Shown here: positions 29,091 to 36,362 of the stretch, in pieces
Numbering within the stretch: the first letter of the stretch is position 1
Layout of the letters: each line of letters opens with the position of its first letter
Source of the DNA: Marinigracilibium pacificum
Lineage (GTDB): Bacteria; Bacteroidota; Bacteroidia; Cytophagales; Cyclobacteriaceae
Reading direction: 5' to 3'
Assembly (NCBI RefSeq): GCF_012926615.1
Contig: NZ_JABBNU010000010.1
Coordinates: 114,629-178,628, forward strand
DNA: 64,000 nt
Notes under the pieces: generated by a model
What the model was told of the DNA's origin: nothing
Database searches by the model: none
The model's input: only the letters and a program-made list of their open reading frames with translations
Made by a program: the position numbers and the translations under genes

Positions 29091-29838
29091 ACTTTGTAAA
29101 GTCATTCTGTTCAATCATTCGTTTCAACTGATTAATATAAGCCATTCTCCGCTCTGAATATTTGGAAAGATGAGGAAGAAGATCATTGACATTTTTATTA
29201 TTCAACCTGATTTTTCTAAACTCTTTATACGCGAAAGACCTTCCAATTGTAGCAAAATAATCTTCTATAGAGCCTGCAGGTGTTTCATATTTCCTAAGGT
29301 AAACATTTGAACTTTCGGCCTTGATCCGAGGTTCGGTTTTATCGTATGACCACACTCCAAATAGATTATTTGCCTCTTGAAAAAACCTGGAAGACCCCCA
29401 CCCACTTTCCACAGCAGCCTGGGCTAGTACAATACTATTAGGATGAGTTTCCATTCTAACAATTAAATCTTGGATACTATCCGCTCCAAACTTCACTTGC
29501 TGTTCTTTCACAAAAAGTGAGTCCTCTTCATCCCAATCTTCCTTATCTAACAAATCGACAACTTTATTTTTATCAGTCAAAATCTGATGCTTGACGACTA
29601 GTATGGCTGGTAGGATAATATCTACAAATTTAGTTTTTGATTCATCAACAGGAAGAGAATCAAGCCCGGTAATATTTGTATATAAAACCGGCTTTACTAA
29701 TGAATCTTCGATGTGGATGACATCCTCTAAAGATCTCAACTCTATCTTTGTAATAATCGGGACCTTGTTACGCTTACAACTTCCGATAATTAAAACGCAA
29801 CCTATTAATATCAACAAGTATTTATTTTTATAACTCAT
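29053..29838 (-). CDS. glucosaminidase-domain protein (mannosyl-glycoprotein endo-beta-N-acetylglucosaminidase-like)
   Basis: LAQAAVESGWGSSRFFQEANNLFGVW matches the PF01832 core. N-terminal signal/lipobox IGSC. Confidence 0.7.
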   Translation of the reverse strand: MSYKNKYLLILIGCVLIIGSCKRNKVPIITKIELRSLEDVIHIEDSLVKPVLYTNITGLDSLPVDESKTKFVDIILPAILVVKHQILTDKNKVVDLLDKEDWDEEDSLFVKEQQVKFGADSIQDLIVRMETHPNSIVLAQAAVESGWGSSRFFQEANNLFGVWSYDKTEPRIKAESSNVYLRKYETPAGSIEDYFATIGRSFAYKEFRKIRLNNKNVNDLLPHLSKYSERRMAYINQLKRMIEQNDFTKYDNYQIDPEFFE

Positions 29839-29900
29839 TTGTTATGAGAACATCATTTAATAATAAGTGAAGTAAACGAATTTAAACCTGGAAAATTATT

Positions 29901-29928
29901 AAAAGAGGACAGAATATGTCCTCTTTTC
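29901..29928 (-). terminator. rho-independent terminator downstream of rtcB
   Basis: AAGAGGACAtattctGTCCTCTT hairpin followed by a T-run on the minus strand. Confidence 0.55.
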
Positions 29929-29990
29929 TATACAAAAACATAGTTTGAAACTTAGAAATAACAAGCCACAAAAGTAAACCAAGAAAACTT

Positions 29991-31406
29991 TCAATCTTCT
30001 TCTCTAAACTTTTTATCACCACACATTCTAACAATTCTTGGTTGGAATGTTCCTAAGACTTCAACCAGGTCTTTTTGAGATTCCATCACCGCATGAATAT
30101 TTTTATATGCCATTGGTGCTTCATCAAGTCCCGAGCCAATTACTTCAACACCAGCATTAGAAATATACTTGCTAACATTTTCAGGATTGAGAGTACTTTT
30201 AGCTTTTGTTCTTGACATTACCCTTCCTGCTCCATGAGACGCAGAATTAACAGAATCATTATTACCTTTTCCACGGACAATAAATCCAGGCTCCGTCATT
30301 GTTCCAGGAATAATTCCAAGCACTCCCTTTCCTGCAGGCGTTGCCCCTTTACGATGAACTATAACCTCATTTCCTTCGGCATCTTTTTCCTTCCATGCAA
30401 AATTATGATGGTTTTCGATCATAGCTACAGGATTAGCCCTTAATCCCACTGCCATTCGTTCATGAATTTGATGATGACAAGCAGAGGCATAATCTCCTGC
30501 CAGATTCATTGCCAACCAATACTCCTGCCCTTCCTCGGTGTCAAGGTCTAGCCATGCCAAATGTTTTGCTTCCTTCGGCAGATCACATTTAGCCATTGCA
30601 AGTTTAGTATAGTGATTAGCTATTGCAGCTCCCATTCCCCTTGATCCTGAATGAGAAAGCACAGCCAAATATCTGCCTTTAGGGAGGTTTAGCTCATTAT
30701 CTGCTGACTCAATAGTAGTAACTCCAAACTCAACGAAGTGGTTTCCACCTCCTGAAGAACCGATCTGAGAAGCTGCTTTATCCTTTAGTTTTCTGATTAT
30801 GTCAATTTCATTAAAAAGGCTATTTTCCAAAACCTCATGATCCTTCGGATTTTTAAATGTATCTCTACCAAATCTGGCATTATTGATCAACATGTTCTTT
30901 AAATCACTACTTCTTTCATCAATTATGGATTCAGAAATATCAAAAATTGACATACACATTCTACAACCAATATCAACACCAACTCCATAAGGAATCACAG
31001 CATTCTCAGTAGCCAAAACACCACCTATTGGCAGTCCATAACCTTGATGTGCATCAGCCATTAATGCGCCTGCCTTAGCTATTGGTAATCTCATGGCTAT
31101 TTCCATTTGGCTTAATGCCCCTTCTTCAATACCATCTGCTCCATATACTTTATATGGATCCGGGGTATCTTTTAGTTGCAATACAAGATCAACAGGCTTT
31201 AGTAATTCACTTGCTGCATCCATAAACCTCTTATCATCAAGATATTTAACAGGATTATTTTTGAGATCAATTAATAAATTCTCTACTTCATTTTCTGAGA
31301 GTTCAAAATTAGGTGAGTTCAATGCTTTTAATAACTCACCCACAACCTTCCCCTCTGGAAAGCCCAATCTCAAAATCCTATCTCCGGTAATTTTTATATT
31401 TTCCAT
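29991..31406 (-). CDS. rtcB: RtcB RNA 3'-phosphate/5'-OH ligase
   Basis: Length 471 aa. GVGVDIGCRM, HQGYGLPIGG, NHHNFAW and ASHGAGRVMSR metal/GMP-His motifs. Confidence 0.9.
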   Translation of the reverse strand: MENIKITGDRILRLGFPEGKVVGELLKALNSPNFELSENEVENLLIDLKNNPVKYLDDKRFMDAASELLKPVDLVLQLKDTPDPYKVYGADGIEEGALSQMEIAMRLPIAKAGALMADAHQGYGLPIGGVLATENAVIPYGVGVDIGCRMCMSIFDISESIIDERSSDLKNMLINNARFGRDTFKNPKDHEVLENSLFNEIDIIRKLKDKAASQIGSSGGGNHFVEFGVTTIESADNELNLPKGRYLAVLSHSGSRGMGAAIANHYTKLAMAKCDLPKEAKHLAWLDLDTEEGQEYWLAMNLAGDYASACHHQIHERMAVGLRANPVAMIENHHNFAWKEKDAEGNEVIVHRKGATPAGKGVLGIIPGTMTEPGFIVRGKGNNDSVNSASHGAGRVMSRTKAKSTLNPENVSKYISNAGVEVIGSGLDEAPMAYKNIHAVMESQKDLVEVLGTFQPRIVRMCGDKKFREED

Positions 31407-31445
31407 TTTTGATTTCTTAAAAATAGCACCCTAAAACAGGGCACT

Positions 31446-32555
31446 CTATTTATCTAATTTTACTCCTGAAAAGATTGCTTTTAACTGGTCGATCATTTGA
31501 CCATTGCCATTAAGGCTAATCTCTCCTACTTTTTCTGCTATTTTCTCTACATATTCCATCTCCTTCAACTTAAATAGCATTTCATTTTCCTCCATTAGCT
31601 TTGCTGTATTAAGCAAGCTTCTGGTTGAAGCGGTTTCTTCTCTTCTAGTAATCACGTTTGCCTGAGCTTGTTTTTGAGCTACAAGAACCTGATTCATGAT
31701 AGTTTTCATTTCACCCGGTAAAATCACATCTCTTAATCCACCACCTTTTACTTCAATACCAAGTTCCATTACTTTCGTCTCCAGAAAATTAAAGACATAT
31801 CTTGAAATATTATCACGATCTTCAAGCAACTGATCTAAAGTCATTGAGCCTATGTACTCACGTAACGCAAACTGGATAAGGACATAAAATTGCTTCTCAA
31901 AATCCTTGTTATCAACCAACGCTTTACTAATATCAATCACCTTATATTGAACATAAAAACTCACACGCAAGGAAGCTTTGTCCTTTGTAAGAATTTCTTG
32001 ACCGGAAACTTCCATTTGTTGCTGTCTTAAATCTACTTTAGATACACTAACATCAACTGAGTTCTTCCAGAAATAATACTCTCCAGGAGTAAGCACTTTT
32101 ATTGCTTTTCCATTTAAAAATAATATACCATTTTCGAATGACTCAATCTTTGAGACTCTTATATAAGGTACTAATTCTGATCGCTTCAAGGCCAGAAGTT
32201 CTATTTCTTCCTCTATTTCTGTTTTAGTAAGATCGATAACTTTGAAGTTATATTCAATAAGTCCTTTCCAAAAGGCATATCTACCAGGTTTTAAGACCTC
32301 TGTAAAATTTCCGTTTTCATATTTTAATACGATTTGGTTATCTCCTACATTTATCAAATGTATAAGCTCAATTATTGAAGACTCATTTAAGTATAACTCC
32401 AATGGTTCTACAGGATTAAATCTTCTGGTAAGGTCATACTGCTCAACTGACTCACCAAATGCAAGCCAATGTGCACCACGACTGATTACCCGTTGGAAAT
32501 CACCTTTTTTAAATATTAAACCAATTTTACCTGCATTAATTCTAATCCTTTTCAT
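31446..32555 (-). CDS. SPFH/band-7 domain protein with N-terminal triple repeat
   Basis: C-terminal SPFH core (ALREYIGSMTLDQLLEDRDNIS...). N-terminal three copies of a G-x-(Y/H)-x-FWK motif. 40-bp gap to rtcB on the same strand. Confidence 0.75.
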   Translation of the reverse strand: MKRIRINAGKIGLIFKKGDFQRVISRGAHWLAFGESVEQYDLTRRFNPVEPLELYLNESSIIELIHLINVGDNQIVLKYENGNFTEVLKPGRYAFWKGLIEYNFKVIDLTKTEIEEEIELLALKRSELVPYIRVSKIESFENGILFLNGKAIKVLTPGEYYFWKNSVDVSVSKVDLRQQQMEVSGQEILTKDKASLRVSFYVQYKVIDISKALVDNKDFEKQFYVLIQFALREYIGSMTLDQLLEDRDNISRYVFNFLETKVMELGIEVKGGGLRDVILPGEMKTIMNQVLVAQKQAQANVITRREETASTRSLLNTAKLMEENEMLFKLKEMEYVEKIAEKVGEISLNGNGQMIDQLKAIFSGVKLDK

Positions 32556-32838
32556 GATTATATAGTTTAAAATAAAAAATTCTTTAAAGAAGAAAGTATC
32601 ATTGCTGTTCCTCCAGATACTGTGGATTTAAGATTTCCTTTTATTTTTTGTAATCTGATTTTAAAAAGAGGACCATTACCTTCCAGAAATTTGAGAAGGA
32701 TCAGGCTGTCTGAATAAAAGCAGGTCACCTAAAAGTTTGGGATAACCTAAAATCAGGACACTACCCGGATTGCTCATACTGATCGAAATCAAATACAAGC
32801 TGGAACTTTCAATGATACTTTCAGCAAATTGTAATAAA

Positions 32839-32881
32839 TCGGATCCTAAGTCCGGCGTGCTACCAATTACACTACCCTAAG
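32839..32881 (-). pseudogene. tRNA fragment: 5' half of a tRNA-Leu(TAG)-like gene (acceptor, D-arm, anticodon arm; no T-arm or 3' end)
   Basis: Minus strand CTTAGGG-TA-GTGT-AATTGGTA-GCAC-G-CCGGA-CTTAGGA-TCCGA. D-stem/loop with GG and a U33/anticodon-TAG loop, but no matching 3' half downstream. Confidence 0.45.
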
Positions 32882-32882
32882 T

Positions 32883-32950
32883 GATGATTAGGAGTGGGAT
32901 TCGAACCCACAATTCAAGGGTTTGTTGCTATACCGCTTAGCTACATAATG
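32883..32950 (-). pseudogene. pseudo-tRNA (D-arm and canonical T-arm present; acceptor stem does not pair; anticodon loop non-canonical)
   Basis: Minus strand CATTATG-TA-GCTA-AGCGGTA-TAGC-...-GTGGG-TTCGAAT-CCCAC-TCCTAATC. Confidence 0.45.
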
Positions 32951-32955
32951 TATTA

Positions 32956-32990
32956 CATAATGGAGGGATTCGAACCCTCGTACACAAACA
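32956..32990 (-). pseudogene. tRNA 3'-end fragment (tRNA-Ser-like T-arm CGAGGGTTCGAATCCCTC + CATTATG)
   Basis: Canonical T-arm with no upstream D/anticodon arms. Followed by 8-nt direct repeat ACATTATG shared with the adjacent pseudo-tRNA. Confidence 0.4.
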
Positions 32991-33156
32991 AATGGTGGGA
33001 ATCATTTTTGCCAAAACACAGCATATCCTTACGGATACTATGGAGCCATACAGAGACTCTCATCAGGTTATTTTGGTTATATATTCCCTTCGCTTTTCAC
33101 TCTGTGAAAAGATCTTTAGTGCTGAAAGCACAATATTTTATCAAAGAACAATCTTG

Positions 33157-33240
33157 TGGGGAAGACAGGAATCGAACCTGCTCAGCCATAAAGCACCGGA
33201 TTTACAGTCCGGCCCAACTCTCCATCTTTGGCGCTTCCCC
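33157..33240 (-). tRNA. tRNA-Tyr (anticodon GTA), type II with long variable arm
   Basis: Minus strand GGGGAAG-CG-CCAA-AGATGGAGAG-TTGG-G-CCGGA-CTGTAAA-TCCGG-(14-nt variable arm)-GCAGG-TTCGATT-CCTGT-CTTCCCC-A. All stems pair. Confidence 0.85.
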
Positions 33241-33386
33241 TTTTCATAACCCCTCTGCCATTTGCAGAGGGGGCTTCTTAATTCGGGATGCTTTTATCCC
33301 GTTTGATATTTCAAAAGTCAGCACCTACTGCGCAATGTTTTTGCGTAATAAATATTATTTTCATTTTTTTATAAAAAAAATTATTT

Positions 33387-34997
33387 ATGCCTGTAACAAG
33401 AAATGCCCTAATCAGATACAAAACCATTGATAATTGCCTTAGAAACAGACAAAAAAGATGGACTTTGGATGATTTAATTAATGTCTGCTCTGAAGCATTA
33501 TATGAATTTGAAGGAATTGATAAAGGTGTTAGTCGTCGAACTGTGCAAATGGATATTCAAATGATGCGCAGTGAAAAACTTGGTTATAATGCGCCCATCA
33601 TTGTAGTAGACAGGAAGTATTACACTTATAAAGATCCCGAATACTCGATCACTAATATTCCATTGACAGATAAAGACCTGAACAAACTCACAGAAGTGAC
33701 AAATATTTTAAAACAATTTAAAGGGTTTTCGCATTTCAAAGAATTATCAGGAATGGTACAAAAGTTGGAAGACAAGATACATGTATCCAAAACAAATGAG
33801 CATCCAATTATTGATCTTGAGAAAAATGAAAATTTAAAAGGTTTAGAATATATTGATCCGGTTTATAAAGCAATTCTTAATAAAAAATCACTTTCACTGG
33901 AATATCAATCATTTAAGGCCAGAAAGGCAAATACGTTTAAATTCCATCCGGCATTATTGAAGGAATTTAGAAATCGTTGGTTCGTTTTAGGAAAAAGAAA
34001 TCAAAACTCAGGATATGTCCTTTTAGCGTTAGACCGAATCAATAGTCTAGAAATAGGCGAAACAAGCTGCATTAACTTTGATCAAAATGAAATAGCCAAC
34101 TATTTCAAGCATGTGATAGGTGTGAGCACCGGCGGAATATTGCAAGAAGTAATTTTGTTAGTTGATCATAGTAATGCTCCTTATGTATTAACAAAGCCTA
34201 TTCACCACAGTCAAGAGGTAATAAACATATCTGATGAAGGAGTAACAATAAAATTAAATGTCCAGCTAAATTTTGAATTAGAAAGGGAGATCTTAGGTTT
34301 TGGAGATCGAATGAAAGTAATTTCTCCTCCCCGGTTAAGATCAATTATAAAACAACGGTTAAATCATGCTATTGATTTATATACTACGGAGTTAAATGAA
34401 CAAAAGCTTCACAATTATAAACCACGATTAGAGCACAAAGGATCTATAATCACAAATTATGTATTCAGTCGTAAAGAGATAGGTCAAATAGGAAGAATAA
34501 TTCAGTATTACCAAAACACCAAAACACCAAAACTGAAAAATATTGATAATTTAATTGATGAAATCCCTGATCTGACCAAAATAATTTTAAACTTCAATTT
34601 GAAAAGAATAATAGAGTCTATTTCTGAAAAATGGGAAATCTGTAATACTTATTTAAACTTAAAACCAGAAACAACAACAGATAAAATAAAGTGGCATCAA
34701 GATCAAATTATATATAAATATGAGGATGCTATAGATAAGATATTCACCATTTTTATTCATCTGGATGAAGTAAATATTGAAAATGGATGTTTATCAATAA
34801 TTCAAGGATCACATAAACAAGTTCATACAAAAGAGAAAATTGAAATCATATCTTCGAGTAGTATTCCTTCAAACTGTGAAGTAAATGCAGGAGGAATTCA
34901 AATTGTGAAGTCTGGAATAATTAGAAGATATAATAGTTCTGAAATTAACCGTATCAGAAGGACAATTCGAATTGACATAAAAGAAGTTGACGATTAA
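33387..34997 (+). CDS. WYL-domain transcriptional regulator (HTH-WYL-WCX, PafBC-like) fused to C-terminal PhyH-like (phytanoyl-CoA dioxygenase-fold) domain
   Basis: N-terminal wHTH (VSRRTVQMDIQMMRSEKLGYNAPIIV). WYL core (FRNRWFVLGKR...LALDRINSLEI). C-terminal KWHQD ... ENGCLSIIQGSHK PhyH-like motifs, but the distal His position appears to be Tyr (IIRRYNSSEINR). Confidence 0.65.
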   Translation: MPVTRNALIRYKTIDNCLRNRQKRWTLDDLINVCSEALYEFEGIDKGVSRRTVQMDIQMMRSEKLGYNAPIIVVDRKYYTYKDPEYSITNIPLTDKDLNKLTEVTNILKQFKGFSHFKELSGMVQKLEDKIHVSKTNEHPIIDLEKNENLKGLEYIDPVYKAILNKKSLSLEYQSFKARKANTFKFHPALLKEFRNRWFVLGKRNQNSGYVLLALDRINSLEIGETSCINFDQNEIANYFKHVIGVSTGGILQEVILLVDHSNAPYVLTKPIHHSQEVINISDEGVTIKLNVQLNFELEREILGFGDRMKVISPPRLRSIIKQRLNHAIDLYTTELNEQKLHNYKPRLEHKGSIITNYVFSRKEIGQIGRIIQYYQNTKTPKLKNIDNLIDEIPDLTKIILNFNLKRIIESISEKWEICNTYLNLKPETTTDKIKWHQDQIIYKYEDAIDKIFTIFIHLDEVNIENGCLSIIQGSHKQVHTKEKIEIISSSSIPSNCEVNAGGIQIVKSGIIRRYNSSEINRIRRTIRIDIKEVDD

Positions 34998-35086
34998 GTA
35001 CAACAATTAACCTTAAAATTCAATTTCAATGAACCGTTTAAAAAACAATATTATTATATTTGTCCGCTTTATTTTACTTAAATATC

Positions 35087-35794
35087 ATGGGAAGAGCATT
35101 TGAATTCAGAAAAGCGCGTAAGTTCAAGCGCTGGGGCCAGATGGCTAAGACCTTTACCCGTATCGGTAAAGATATTGTAATTGCAGTTAAAGCCGGTGGA
35201 CCTGACCCGGATACAAACTCAAGGCTACGTGCAATCATGCAAAACGCCAAGGCAGCCAATATGCCTAAAGATAATGTTGAGAGAGCAATAAAAAGAGCTT
35301 CCTCAAAAGAACAGGGCGATTATAAAGAAGTATTATTTGAAGGTTATGCACCTCATGGAATAGCTATTCTTGTTGAAGCTGCTACTGATAATAATAACCG
35401 TACTGTTGCCAATGTACGTAGCTACTTCAATAAATGTGATGGTAGCCTGGGCACTTCAGGATCGGTTGAATTCATGTTCGATCACAACTGCCATTTCAAG
35501 ATAAATAAAGAAGGCATCGACATTGAAGAGTTAGAACTTGAGCTAATTGATTTTGGTGCAGAAGAAATCTTTGATGAAGAAGACGGAGTAATGGTTTATG
35601 GATCCTTTGAAAGCTTTGGAGCTATCCAGAAAGCTCTGGAAGAAAAAGGTATCGAGATTATCTCTTCGGGCTTTGAACGTATCCCTACAGTTACGAAAAG
35701 TCTATCAGAAGAAGAAGCTGCAGATGTAGAAAAGCTATTAGAAAAATTTGACGATGACGATGACGTTCAAAACGTCTATCACAATATGGTTTAA
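35087..35794 (+). CDS. yebC: YebC/PmpR-family DNA-binding regulatory protein
   Basis: MGRAFEFRKARKFKRWGQMAKTFTRIGKDIVIAVKAGGPDPDTNSRLRAI is highly characteristic of YebC/TACO1. ORF track start 35060 is likely upstream of the true start. Confidence 0.85.
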   Translation: MGRAFEFRKARKFKRWGQMAKTFTRIGKDIVIAVKAGGPDPDTNSRLRAIMQNAKAANMPKDNVERAIKRASSKEQGDYKEVLFEGYAPHGIAILVEAATDNNNRTVANVRSYFNKCDGSLGTSGSVEFMFDHNCHFKINKEGIDIEELELELIDFGAEEIFDEEDGVMVYGSFESFGAIQKALEEKGIEIISSGFERIPTVTKSLSEEEAADVEKLLEKFDDDDDVQNVYHNMV

Positions 35795-35817
35795 ATAGAA
35801 ACCAAAGAAATAATAAA

Positions 35818-35845
35818 GGTGCTGAGATTTCAGCGCCTTTTTTTT
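35818..35845 (+). terminator. rho-independent terminator after yebC
   Basis: GGTGCTGAgatttcAGCGCC followed by TTTTTTTT. Confidence 0.7.
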
Positions 35846-36323
35846 ATAGCATTATTAACTCATCAATTTCCCGTTGATAATCAGCTTGTAAATCCTCGTG
35901 AAGTTTTTTATTGACTTTGATTATCCTGTTTAAAAGCCTCTCATACATATTAAAAATCACTGTATATCCCCTCAAGTCAATTCTTGAATCTTTCATGGAT
36001 TTGGCAAAGTAGATGAGAACCTCGATCTCTGTTTGCTTATCTCCCGAATATCTAATGTATTTATTAAGGTTTCTCTGAACTTTTTGCAGGCTCTTCTTCG
36101 CATAATATAGATGTGTCTGATTTATTGAATCAAACTCATCATCAATTTCTTCTTTGATTAGCTCGATATAACCTTGCTCATTATGAGACTCAAATAAAAG
36201 GTAGGTCAATAATTCTTTATTCTCTTTCTTAAACCTTGCTAATCGCAGGCAGATATCAAATAGTTCCTGAGGATCGCGATAGCTTAGCTCCCCTTTTAGC
36301 TGGGCCATTGTTGCTGCTTTCAT
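35844..36323 (-). CDS. hypothetical cytoplasmic protein, downstream partner of the large membrane protein
   Basis: 159 aa. 40-bp gap after the 1388-aa gene on the same strand. No motif. Confidence 0.45.
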   Translation of the reverse strand: MKAATMAQLKGELSYRDPQELFDICLRLARFKKENKELLTYLLFESHNEQGYIELIKEEIDDEFDSINQTHLYYAKKSLQKVQRNLNKYIRYSGDKQTEIEVLIYFAKSMKDSRIDLRGYTVIFNMYERLLNRIIKVNKKLHEDLQADYQREIDELIML

Positions 36324-36362
36324 TTAATAAAGATAATTATCTTTTATAAAAGACAATTAAAT

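Noticed and set aside
32883-32950. Attempt to call the pseudo-tRNA as an intact tRNA gene
   Set aside because: The 5' acceptor CATTATG cannot pair with the 3' TCCTAAT. The anticodon loop lacks U33 and has a 4/5 stem. Therefore reported as a pseudo-tRNA or fragment only.
33245-33270. Perfect 9-bp palindrome CCCCTCTGC-cattt-GCAGAGGGG just upstream of tRNA-Tyr, considered as a terminator
   Set aside because: No adjacent T-tract on either strand. More likely a structural or REP-like element or a tRNA-promoter-associated hairpin. Function not assignable.
32894-33430. 178-aa plus-strand ORF (and nested 85-aa ORF 32992-33249) spanning the tRNA region
   Set aside because: They overlap tRNA-Tyr and the tRNA fragments on the opposite strand. 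The translation begins with the revcomp of T-arm sequence (GFEPT = GGTTCGAATCC read as protein). Spurious.
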